This document shows, in pieces, positions 38,656-48,084 of a stretch of 64,000 nt of DNA; positions within the stretch are counted from its first letter, which is position 1; the number at the start of each line of letters is the position of its first letter. The position numbers and the translations under genes are program-made. Location: assembly GCA_050239825.1 (NCBI GenBank), contig JBFXGO010000001.1, positions 73,478 to 137,477 on the forward strand, in the 5' to 3' direction. Origin of the DNA: a bacterium (GTDB lineage Bacteria; Hydrothermota; 32-111). Below the pieces are notes generated by a model. That model was not told where the DNA came from. It saw only the letters and a program-made list of their open reading frames with translations, and ran no database searches.

Positions 38656-40584
38656 ATGAAAAAAGTATTCGTTGTAACGATTCTTTTGGTATTTGCAGTA
38701 CTATCAGTATTTGCAATGCCCAAAGATGAGGCAGTCAAGAAGTTTGATCTCATGACATCAGTGACACAGGATGGAAAGCTTCCCGAAATCGCGGCTGTGA
38801 AAGACTCATTTGCGCAGGCGGCTGGATTCAAGGGAATTCTATTCCTTGACGGCGATTTCAGAGGATTTGCGCCGACACCTTCAAACAGTTCGGTCTCATC
38901 AAAAGACGGAGATACAATTCAGGTTATCTCAGGTCTTTCAGATCACGGAGACCTTGTGGGAATGCTCGGTGTTTATTACACAGTTTCATTTGATGGCGGA
39001 GCAACATGGACAGCCCCTCTTCTTATAACCTCAGCAGGTCCATTCTCAAGAAATTACAATGAAATAGCAGTTGCAGACGGACAGTATCCTTATGTTTTAG
39101 TTAATTACAGAACACCTGCTTACTTTGGCAATTGGTTCACAACAGACCCGCTCGGACCAAACGGCGGCGGATGGACATCACCTCTTCTCGTAACAGACAC
39201 GGCAAACTTTGCGGCTTATATGCCTACAATTTCTGTGAATGCGGCGGGAGACAAGGTCTGCATGCTTGCTTATGATGCAGTCGGCGGAATAGGTTCGAAC
39301 TATTCAACAGATTACGGCGCCACATGGTCAACATACGACCTTCCTGCAGAGCTCAATGATTCAATATGGGGACCTGATGTATGCGCATCAAGGTGGGGTC
39401 AGGGCGATGTAGTTCATGCAATAGTCGGAATGTCATGGTACGATGAAGTTCGTTATGACATTGCAGGAGCAAGCGCGGCATTCTATGAAGGATATTCAAA
39501 ATCAATTGACGGCGGAGCGACATGGTCAGTTCCTATAGGAATTTACAATGGCGAGAGAAGGACAAATATTCCTTCAATCAACGGAGATACATTTACCTAT
39601 TACATAGACACCATTGACAATGAGGCAGTTGATTCAACAGCAGTCTTGGCATACCTTGACGAAGCAACAGGATACTGGGCAGATGACCAGGGCATCATTG
39701 ATGGCGGTGCTTTCGGCTTCGGAACATGGTGGTACTGGTGGGATGCAGAGTATTTCGCAGAGGAAGACAGATTCTTCTACGCAATACCTATGGCAGACCT
39801 CTTCATAGATTATTATGTTTCAGGCGACCTCTACACATACCAGTGGCAGGGTCAGTCAATCCTCTTCGGTTTCAAGGATGACGCAGATGCAGAATTTACA
39901 TACGATTACATTGACATACATGATGCGGCAATCATAGACACATTAGGAGCGTCAGCTACATGGAGAGGAAATGCCTACTCGGCAAGTGTTACTTATGACA
40001 AGGCAGATGGTTCAATCTACATTATATACAATGATTATGTTGACACAACTACAGGAGAGGGTTCTGTTGAAGCATTAAGGATAAACAACTTTGAAATACA
40101 CAGAGCAACACTCTCACTCAATGCGGCTCCATACTCGGTTGAAGCATCGGCATACATCTCAGATGACCACTTTGTGCATGTAGTAATGGCACCCGGCACA
40201 CTTGATTCAATCTACTACAAAGCGATTGATGTTACTGATGCAGGACTTGTCTGGGAGTATCTCGGAGTTTCAAGCTATGATTCAAAATTTGACGGAGTCA
40301 ACACAGGCAGAGTTATTGCAAATGCAGAAAACAGCATATTCAGCATGCCGTCAATAGTGAAGAATGACTCAAAGATTTCATTCACTCTCAAGTCAAACAT
40401 GGAAGTCAACATTTCACTCTATGATGTCACGGGAAGAATCGTGAAGAACCTTGCAAACAATTCATTCACAAAGGGAACCCACACTATCAACATGAATTCA
40501 AATGATTTCAATCAGGGCGTCTATTTTGTGAAAATCAATGCAGGCGACACGAGCGTTTCAAAGAAAGTGATTGTTGTCAAATAA
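38656..40584 (+). CDS. Secreted Asp-box (BNR) repeat protein with T9SS type A sorting domain
   Basis: Signal peptide; SFDGGATW, STDYGATW and SIDGGATW Asp-boxes; C-terminal ISLYDVTGRIVK..GVYFVKI..SKKVIVVK. Confidence 0.85.
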   Translation: MKKVFVVTILLVFAVLSVFAMPKDEAVKKFDLMTSVTQDGKLPEIAAVKDSFAQAAGFKGILFLDGDFRGFAPTPSNSSVSSKDGDTIQVISGLSDHGDLVGMLGVYYTVSFDGGATWTAPLLITSAGPFSRNYNEIAVADGQYPYVLVNYRTPAYFGNWFTTDPLGPNGGGWTSPLLVTDTANFAAYMPTISVNAAGDKVCMLAYDAVGGIGSNYSTDYGATWSTYDLPAELNDSIWGPDVCASRWGQGDVVHAIVGMSWYDEVRYDIAGASAAFYEGYSKSIDGGATWSVPIGIYNGERRTNIPSINGDTFTYYIDTIDNEAVDSTAVLAYLDEATGYWADDQGIIDGGAFGFGTWWYWWDAEYFAEEDRFFYAIPMADLFIDYYVSGDLYTYQWQGQSILFGFKDDADAEFTYDYIDIHDAAIIDTLGASATWRGNAYSASVTYDKADGSIYIIYNDYVDTTTGEGSVEALRINNFEIHRATLSLNAAPYSVEASAYISDDHFVHVVMAPGTLDSIYYKAIDVTDAGLVWEYLGVSSYDSKFDGVNTGRVIANAENSIFSMPSIVKNDSKISFTLKSNMEVNISLYDVTGRIVKNLANNSFTKGTHTINMNSNDFNQGVYFVKINAGDTSVSKKVIVVK

Positions 40585-40600
40585 CAGAAGCGCAGTCTTA

Positions 40601-40630
40601 AAAAGGGGAAACTTAGTTTCCCCTTTTTTT
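40601..40630 (+). terminator. Rho-independent terminator
   Basis: aaaaggggaaac-tta-gtttcccc followed by a T-tract. Confidence 0.85.
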
Positions 40631-40658
40631 ATATTCATGATAAAAAAGGAGAGTAGGT

Positions 40659-43600
40659 ATGTTCTTTAAAAGAGGGCTAATCTACCTTGCAGTCCTGACT
40701 CTGATTTTGGCATTCTCATTTAATGTTTTTGCCGGAGTCACAGGAAAGATTACAGGTAGAGTCATTGACAAACAAACTAAAGAGGGTATCCCGGGCGTGA
40801 ACGTGATAGTGCCTGAACTAGGCATTGGAGCGGCCACAGACCTTGACGGATACTACTTTATTTTGAATGTTCCTGTAGGAGAATATTCCGTACAGGCTCA
40901 GATCATTTCATATCAGACGCAGACAAAATCAGGTGTCTCTGTCTCAGCTGATATCAACACTACGGTCAATTTTGACCTTTCTCTCGGCGCTATCGAGTAT
41001 GATACTGTGATAGTTGAGGCGAAAGAGTCAAAGATACAGACAAATGTGACTCAGAAAGAGAGAACGATGAATCAGGAACTGCTCAACGAAGCAGTTTCAA
41101 GCAATATCATGGCGGCAGTGGCTAACAATGCCGGAGTAGTCGGGTCAGGCAACAACCTCCATGTTAGGGGCGGCAGAACCGATGAAGTCGGATACATGGT
41201 TGACGGTATGTCAATCGTTGACCCTGTCACAAAGGGTCTCGGAGCCACAATCAACAAAAACGCTGTCTCCGAAGTAAAATTCATCTCAGGCGGTTTCAAT
41301 GCCGAATACGGGGAAGCCATGTCCGGAGTTCTCAACATAGTCACCAGAGAAGGCGCAGGCAAATATGAAGGTACTGTCAAGTATGAAGGCAATTCTTTCC
41401 TTCCGAGCGCCTTCAACTATGGAGATAACAGGATAGAGCTTTCATTGGGCGGACCGATATATAAGGACAAAGCCCGTTTCTTTTTCTCAGGCGATGTTTA
41501 CACTACAAATGATTGGAGTCCAATGTTCATTACAACCCCTGATTTCATCTATGTCAATGACAGCAATGACATAGCATTTGAATACGATCTTTACGATTAT
41601 GTTTTGAATTATGACAGCACGGGAGCATATCTGGATTCAGTGCCGAGTCATATAACCTACAACGATGATTCTGTGCCGTATTTCACATACGACCTTGACA
41701 CTGTCTTTGATTCCACTGGAGCTATATACGGAATTTATAACAGAGTTATTGTTGATACCGTGTTATGGAACAGGTACGGGCCCTCATACTGGGAGAATCT
41801 CGGTATAGTTGCTCCTCATCACAAGAGGCACGAATATCACGGACAGGCAAAGTTCACATTCAAACCGACCAACAACATCAAGCTGAATATCGGAGGCTTT
41901 GTCTCTCACTCTTCATATCAGCAGTTTAACAATGATTTGAAATATAATCTTGAAAGATTTGTTTCAAGAAATACTGATGGATATCAGTTGAATTCAACAA
42001 TGAACTGGATGTTCAATCAGTCCAATTTCATCACATTGACGGCGAGCTATTTCCACACTCAGACATACCTAGGACCTGAGTTTGATGATACTATTATTAC
42101 AACTGTAGGTAAAACTCTGAATCCTCCGGAGACAATCATACCGGAGTGGTATGCAGTGTGGCAGCCATACGGAATAATGGATACGACTGCATTCAAGAAT
42201 CTTCCTTCAATAAATGACAAATGGGCATCCAATTCGCCATGGGGCTGGTGGAATGACCCTCAGCTCATCTATCCCAATTGGTACGGTTCTGCTTCATACA
42301 GGTATTCAAATTACCTTGCATTGAAGGGCGACTGGACAAGCCAGGTGGGAAGATATCATGAAGTCAAATCTGGTATCGAATACAAAGCATACGAACTCTA
42401 TCTATGGGACCTCTATCTGCCCTGGTCTCCGAATCCATTTGCAGACTATTACCATGTCTATCCTCAGCAGATAGCGGCGTATGTTCAGGACAAGATGGAG
42501 TTTGAGGGAATGGTCGTAAACCTTGGTATCAGGCTTGACTATCTTGATGCAAATACGCCATACTACAGCGATGCGACCAACAGAAACTTCCCCCTGTACA
42601 AAGACACTGTAATAAATGAAGACACTGTCTTGGTTCCCAATATCGTAAAGCCGGCAACACCGCTTGAAGGCTACACTCAGGCTGACTGGGACTCTCTTGT
42701 TTGGCCCATCTCAATGGCATCAAAGAAGTATAAAGTATCGCCCCGTCTCGGAATATCCCACCCGATTTCCGAAACATCAGTACTGCATTTCAATTACGGA
42801 CACTTCTTCCAGACGCCTCAGATGGATTACCTCTTCACAGGACTTGGAATTGATTTCTCAAAGAGAGGCAATTCAAACATCGGTTCTCCCAATCTTGAAG
42901 CAGAGAGAACCGTCTCCTATGAATTCGGTATAGCAACTCAGGTCGGCGCAGACATGGCTATCGACTTTACAACATACTATAAGGACATATATGGACTCAT
43001 AGGTTCGAGAAAGGTCTATGCACTTCCCAGCGCATACTATGCTCTTCAGAATGTTGAGTATGGAAATGTGAAGGGATTTGAAGTTGCATTCTCAAAATCT
43101 TCAAAGTACTTCTCTACGGATATTGCATACACACTCTCCTTTGCAAAGGGTACTGCATCCGATGCATGGGACGGCTACTATGACACATACTCGCAGAGGG
43201 ACCCTGTAACAGGCGGAGATGTCATAATGCCTAAGATTCCATACTACCTTGATTTTGACCAGAGGCACACAATCAATGTCGGATTCGTCTTCAGAATGCC
43301 TGCAAAGGAGCTTCCTATCTATGCAGACAATTGGACAATTGCTGTTGACAATGCTATAAGCTCAGGCCAGCCCTACACCCCTGTCAATGAAAAGGGTGTA
43401 AAGACCGGAGTTACGAACAGCGAAAGGAAACCCTGGTCATTCAACACAGACATGAAGTTCAGAAAGGGATTTTTGTTCGGAACATTTGAACCGAATCTAT
43501 ATATTTCTGTCTTCAATGTCTTAAATATAAAGAATGTTGTTGATGTTTATGCTTCAACAGGGCTTCCTGACAGAAATGCCGCAATAGGCAGTTACAGCGT

Positions 43601-43790
43601 GACTGATTTCCCGACAAACCACATTGGTGAGCCCGGGTATGATGTCAGAAGAGACACAAATCAGGACGGAACAGTAACACCGCAGGAATACTATGATGTA
43701 TTCATAGCGGCTTACACTGATTATCTTAATGATCCGACAAATTACTCGACACCGAGAACAGTTACAGTCGGTATTGAGTTCTCATTCTAA
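40659..43790 (+). CDS. TonB-dependent receptor (CarboxypepD_reg-like N-domain, plug, beta-barrel)
   Basis: TGKITGRVID..GAATDLDGYYFILNVPVG, HVRGGRTDE..VDG, GGFNAEYGEAMSGVLN, SPRLGISHP, LEAERTVSYE and C-terminal GIEFSF. Confidence 0.93.
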   Translation: MFFKRGLIYLAVLTLILAFSFNVFAGVTGKITGRVIDKQTKEGIPGVNVIVPELGIGAATDLDGYYFILNVPVGEYSVQAQIISYQTQTKSGVSVSADINTTVNFDLSLGAIEYDTVIVEAKESKIQTNVTQKERTMNQELLNEAVSSNIMAAVANNAGVVGSGNNLHVRGGRTDEVGYMVDGMSIVDPVTKGLGATINKNAVSEVKFISGGFNAEYGEAMSGVLNIVTREGAGKYEGTVKYEGNSFLPSAFNYGDNRIELSLGGPIYKDKARFFFSGDVYTTNDWSPMFITTPDFIYVNDSNDIAFEYDLYDYVLNYDSTGAYLDSVPSHITYNDDSVPYFTYDLDTVFDSTGAIYGIYNRVIVDTVLWNRYGPSYWENLGIVAPHHKRHEYHGQAKFTFKPTNNIKLNIGGFVSHSSYQQFNNDLKYNLERFVSRNTDGYQLNSTMNWMFNQSNFITLTASYFHTQTYLGPEFDDTIITTVGKTLNPPETIIPEWYAVWQPYGIMDTTAFKNLPSINDKWASNSPWGWWNDPQLIYPNWYGSASYRYSNYLALKGDWTSQVGRYHEVKSGIEYKAYELYLWDLYLPWSPNPFADYYHVYPQQIAAYVQDKMEFEGMVVNLGIRLDYLDANTPYYSDATNRNFPLYKDTVINEDTVLVPNIVKPATPLEGYTQADWDSLVWPISMASKKYKVSPRLGISHPISETSVLHFNYGHFFQTPQMDYLFTGLGIDFSKRGNSNIGSPNLEAERTVSYEFGIATQVGADMAIDFTTYYKDIYGLIGSRKVYALPSAYYALQNVEYGNVKGFEVAFSKSSKYFSTDIAYTLSFAKGTASDAWDGYYDTYSQRDPVTGGDVIMPKIPYYLDFDQRHTINVGFVFRMPAKELPIYADNWTIAVDNAISSGQPYTPVNEKGVKTGVTNSERKPWSFNTDMKFRKGFLFGTFEPNLYISVFNVLNIKNVVDVYASTGLPDRNAAIGSYSVTDFPTNHIGEPGYDVRRDTNQDGTVTPQEYYDVFIAAYTDYLNDPTNYSTPRTVTVGIEFSF

Positions 43791-43807
43791 GGTATGGAGG
43801 AATGTTT

Positions 43808-46800
43808 ATGAATAAATTTATGAAGAGATTCCTTATAACCTTCCTCGCACTTGTTCTTGTAATGCCAATTATGGCAAGAACAGCAGTTGAAAACGACGGT
43901 TCAAGAATAATGGACCAGCAGCTGCTAAACATGAATGAAATGAATATGTACATCTCCAACTTCGGTATTTACGGACAGAACAACTGGACAGGAAATTCCG
44001 GAGGATGGTGGCCCAGGGCGTATCCTTCAGAGACATACATATTCGGAGCAGGTGTGTGGGTGGGTGCATTGGTTGACACTGGATTTACAGTTGACGGTAC
44101 AGACACGACATGGCTTACCGATACTCTTGTAACATGCGGATACGATGCTAATTCGGGAACGACAGAGTTTGTTCCCGGAGATATTGATCCGAATGCTCCA
44201 GACAGGCCGTCACCATGGACAAATGCATGGGACATTGTTTATGTCTCGACAGAAGAGAATGGCGGACAGCCGTGGCCAATAAAGACCACAACAGGCGCAG
44301 ATTCCGTTGTCTCAATGCAGGATTCATACTGCGAATACAATGACAAAGACTCTGCAGCGCATATAGCTATTGAAAATAAACCCCTTGAAATAGAGGTGAT
44401 GCAGACATCATACGCATGGGTCGGACCTCTAAAGGAGGACATTGTATTCCTGAAGTTCGACATAAGAAATGACAGAACAGACGGCGAGGATTTAAAGAAG
44501 TGCTTTATAGGCCTTGCGGCAGACAATGACATAGGAAATGAAGCAGATGATGCGGCTAATGACCTTCTCGGTTTCATAGACACAATGACTGTCGATTACA
44601 ATGGAGTTGAAGACACTTTGATGCAGATCAATGTCGGCTATCAATTCCAGCTTGAATCTGAAGCCGGATGGCATGATACCCCTGGAATAATAGCTTACAA
44701 GTATATGCAGTCGCCAATAGCAACTGAGAGAGTTGATTTATATCACGACGAATCAGTAGTCATTGAACCCGGACTTGACACTATTTACACTGATTCGACA
44801 AGAACGGTCATTGACACAATTCTTCCGAGGCAGATCGGAATGACAACATTCAATTACTTTACGATTGCCACAGACCCTTCAACAAAACAGGCAAGGTATG
44901 TCACTCTTGCCGGCTATGACCATACAGCATTCAATCCTCTCGATCCTGATGTATCATTCAGACCATTCCCTGTATGGGGAACAGGAGTAGCGGGATTTCC
45001 TGGACAGACACAGGACCCCTCACTTGCCGCTGACAAGCGCTTTGTGATGAGCTCAGGTCCCTTCACACTCTTCAATGATTCAACTGTAACAGTCATCATA
45101 GCAATAATCATGTCAAAAAATTCAGACGAGATGCTTGACAAAATGCTGATAGCGCAGTCAATCTATGACGGCGGATGGCTCGGTCCGGTTGCTCCGGGAC
45201 AGGTCAACTTTGACCTTGTCGGTCTTGACAAAAAAGTTCAGATATATTGGGACAATGCACAGGAGCTGAAGGCAGACAAATACTACACCATAGTTTCTGA
45301 CCCGGGTTCACCTTCCTATAACCCTGCTTACAGGGATTTTGACATTGAAGGATACAATATCTATAGGTCAAAGACCGGAGCAGTGTGGGAACTTTTGGCG
45401 AAATATGACAAAATCAATGAATATACAGCAATAGTAATGGATTCGCTTATCTATGTTGACAATCTGACCGGAGCGTGGGAGACTACATACTACTATGAGA
45501 CTCTCGGCACAAACACGGGAATACCATACTATTTCGTAGATTCAAATCTTGTCAACGGAGTAACCTATTACTACACAATCAAGGCGTATGATTTCAATTA
45601 CAATGACTTTGACACAATCACCCTTGAAGGAAAATCACCCATAATACTTGAAGGAGCAGGCAAGACAAAGGCGGTCGTTCCGAGAAGTTTGACATCAAAT
45701 TACACTGCAGGAACCCATAACATAGAGTTCATTTCAGGCAACATTGATACAAATGCAATAGAGATGGACATTGTGCAGGTTCTTGACACTCTTGTGCAGG
45801 ATATGGCAAAGGACACATTCACTCTTACCTTCGGACTTGCTGACAGCTCAATCCTCAATACAATGCTTCCCGCATACAACTATGTAATTACAAACAAAGC
45901 AGGAACAATTGTCGGAGAGGATAAAATTTCAATGGACACTCTATGGAGGTTTGATGAAGAGGCAAATGCCCAGATAAAGGTAATCTCAAACATTGTAGAG
46001 AATGCCAATGCCCACAGCGGTTTTGTATTCAAGATTAATAAGTATGAACTTGATACATTAAACTGGCCTACGGGTGCAAACAGCGCTCTTGATGTCAGCA
46101 TTATCGAAGGCACATACAATGATTCAATACTTAGGGCAGAGATGGCCGCAGCGGGACGCCAGTTCTATCACGCAAGCAAACTCTATCGCTTGACTTGGAG
46201 TGAGGTGGTTTATTCAACTCTTACAGTTATCGGCACAGATACATTCCTGCCGAATGACACAAATCTCACACTCACAATACTTGATGTTGATAACAACATT
46301 GAGATACCCTATAACAGCAGAGTTATAGGCGATAACTGGCACTTTAATTATTCAACGACAGCTACACCGGCACAGTGCGGCCAGTATCTCAATACAACCT
46401 CTTTGGCAACAGAAAAAACCGGTATTTACTTCTCCAACATGAAGCTTTCATTCAATTATACAGACAGACCAAGAGCTATAGTGTGGACCGCCAGACCAAA
46501 GGACGGAGATGTGTGGGAAATAGAAATTACACCAAATGACACTACATTGACTTATGTCTATCCTCCTTATAATTCCGTTTACAAATTCACGGTTACACCC
46601 TCTTCATTCACTGAACTTAATGATTCAATACTTGACAATATTAAGGTTGTGCCGAATCCTTATGTAGTGCGCTCAGAGCTTGACCTTGATTACAATTACA
46701 GAAGGATTCTCTTCACAAATCTTCCGAAGGCCTGCACAATAACAATCTACACTCTTGCGGGAGAGCTTATAAAGACAATAGAGCATAATACGGATTATTA

Positions 46801-46969
46801 TGTCTATTCAGGCACGGATTCAACTTTGGTTTATGACAATACCAACGGTTATGCGGAATGGGATGTTTTGACTCAGAATGATCAGATACCGGCACCCGGA
46901 ATCTACATCTATCATATCAATACACCTGCAGGTATAACCAAAATCGGCAAATTTGCTATTATTAAGTAG
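43808..46969 (+). CDS. Large secreted protein with Fn3-like segment and T9SS-type C-terminal domain
   Basis: GGAGG RBS, signal peptide, EGYNIYRS..LVNGVTYYY; C-terminal IKVVPNPY..ILFTNLP..TIYTLAGELIK..WD..PGIYIYHI..GKFAIIK. Confidence 0.8.
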   Translation: MNKFMKRFLITFLALVLVMPIMARTAVENDGSRIMDQQLLNMNEMNMYISNFGIYGQNNWTGNSGGWWPRAYPSETYIFGAGVWVGALVDTGFTVDGTDTTWLTDTLVTCGYDANSGTTEFVPGDIDPNAPDRPSPWTNAWDIVYVSTEENGGQPWPIKTTTGADSVVSMQDSYCEYNDKDSAAHIAIENKPLEIEVMQTSYAWVGPLKEDIVFLKFDIRNDRTDGEDLKKCFIGLAADNDIGNEADDAANDLLGFIDTMTVDYNGVEDTLMQINVGYQFQLESEAGWHDTPGIIAYKYMQSPIATERVDLYHDESVVIEPGLDTIYTDSTRTVIDTILPRQIGMTTFNYFTIATDPSTKQARYVTLAGYDHTAFNPLDPDVSFRPFPVWGTGVAGFPGQTQDPSLAADKRFVMSSGPFTLFNDSTVTVIIAIIMSKNSDEMLDKMLIAQSIYDGGWLGPVAPGQVNFDLVGLDKKVQIYWDNAQELKADKYYTIVSDPGSPSYNPAYRDFDIEGYNIYRSKTGAVWELLAKYDKINEYTAIVMDSLIYVDNLTGAWETTYYYETLGTNTGIPYYFVDSNLVNGVTYYYTIKAYDFNYNDFDTITLEGKSPIILEGAGKTKAVVPRSLTSNYTAGTHNIEFISGNIDTNAIEMDIVQVLDTLVQDMAKDTFTLTFGLADSSILNTMLPAYNYVITNKAGTIVGEDKISMDTLWRFDEEANAQIKVISNIVENANAHSGFVFKINKYELDTLNWPTGANSALDVSIIEGTYNDSILRAEMAAAGRQFYHASKLYRLTWSEVVYSTLTVIGTDTFLPNDTNLTLTILDVDNNIEIPYNSRVIGDNWHFNYSTTATPAQCGQYLNTTSLATEKTGIYFSNMKLSFNYTDRPRAIVWTARPKDGDVWEIEITPNDTTLTYVYPPYNSVYKFTVTPSSFTELNDSILDNIKVVPNPYVVRSELDLDYNYRRILFTNLPKACTITIYTLAGELIKTIEHNTDYYVYSGTDSTLVYDNTNGYAEWDVLTQNDQIPAPGIYIYHINTPAGITKIGKFAIIK

Positions 46970-46977
46970 GAGGCAAA

Positions 46978-48030
46978 ATGAAAAGATTAGTAATAATACT
47001 CATATCATTGCTCCTTCTTGCAAACTTTGCCTATTCAGCAAATGAGGGAACAACAGGCGCTCAATTCCTTAAGATTCTTGTCGGCTCAAAAGCATCAGGA
47101 ATGGGAGGCGCATTTGTGGCAAACGGAGACGACCCGTCAGTTCTTTACTACAACCCGGCAGGGATGGCCAACATGAACAAGATGGGAATTCTCTTCAACT
47201 ATGTCAAATGGCCTGCAGAGATAAGCTACTCATATCTTGCATTTGTAATGCCTATGGGCATTACGGGAAGCTTCGGTCTTCAGGCAGGTCTCATGTCAAT
47301 GCCTTCAATGGAAGTGACTACAATAGAACAGCCTGAGGGCACTGGAGAGTACTTTTCCGCAATGAGCTATCAGGTGGGAGTCTCTTACGCGAAGCCGTTT
47401 ACAGACAAACTCTCAGCAGGATTGACATTCAAGTACATTTCAGAGATGATTGTTGATGCAAATTCTACAATCATGGCATTTGACGCAGGAGCCACATACA
47501 AGACAGGATTCAAATCCCTCAGGATAGGCATGGCAATTAGGAACTTTGGATCAGAGGGCGAGTTCACAGGCGGCACTGTTCTTACCGATAAGTACCAGAG
47601 ATGGACTGACGGACAGACAGAGCTGAATATTTACTATAAGACAGACCCGTATCCGATACCGATGAACTTCAATTTCGGAGTGGCCTATGACTTCCTTGAA
47701 GGTCCGACCAATTTCCTCACAGGCGCTCTTGAGTTCCAGAATCCAAATGACGGAACAGAGAATGTGCGCATGGGCTTTGAATACAATTTTGCAAAAATTG
47801 TGTCTCTCCGCCTCGGCTACATTTTCAACTATGACAGATTTAAGGCAGTGCTTGACGGCTTTGACGATCTGACTGCAAACGAGAAATCAGAAAACCTCAC
47901 AGCAGGACTGGGCTTCAAGTACGGATTCTCAGGAGTGGATGTCGGAATTGACTATTCATACACTGAGATGGGTCTTCTCTCTGATTCATACATGAATGGA
48001 CACAGAGTGACTTTAACCGTTGCTTTCTAA
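46978..48030 (+). CDS. PorV/PorQ family (UPF0164) outer-membrane beta-barrel
   Basis: GTTGAQFLKI..SKASGMGGAF..YYNPAGMA motif; C-terminal DYSY..HRVTLTVAF. Confidence 0.9.
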   Translation: MKRLVIILISLLLLANFAYSANEGTTGAQFLKILVGSKASGMGGAFVANGDDPSVLYYNPAGMANMNKMGILFNYVKWPAEISYSYLAFVMPMGITGSFGLQAGLMSMPSMEVTTIEQPEGTGEYFSAMSYQVGVSYAKPFTDKLSAGLTFKYISEMIVDANSTIMAFDAGATYKTGFKSLRIGMAIRNFGSEGEFTGGTVLTDKYQRWTDGQTELNIYYKTDPYPIPMNFNFGVAYDFLEGPTNFLTGALEFQNPNDGTENVRMGFEYNFAKIVSLRLGYIFNYDRFKAVLDGFDDLTANEKSENLTAGLGFKYGFSGVDVGIDYSYTEMGLLSDSYMNGHRVTLTVAF

Positions 48031-48048
48031 AGAGGCAACTCTCAAAAT

Positions 48049-48080
48049 AAAAGAGGGGTTTTTTAACCCCTCTTTTTTTT
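48049..48080 (+). terminator. Rho-independent terminator
   Basis: aaaagaggggtt-tttt-aacccctc followed by a T-tract. Confidence 0.85.
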
Positions 48081-48084
48081 ACTT

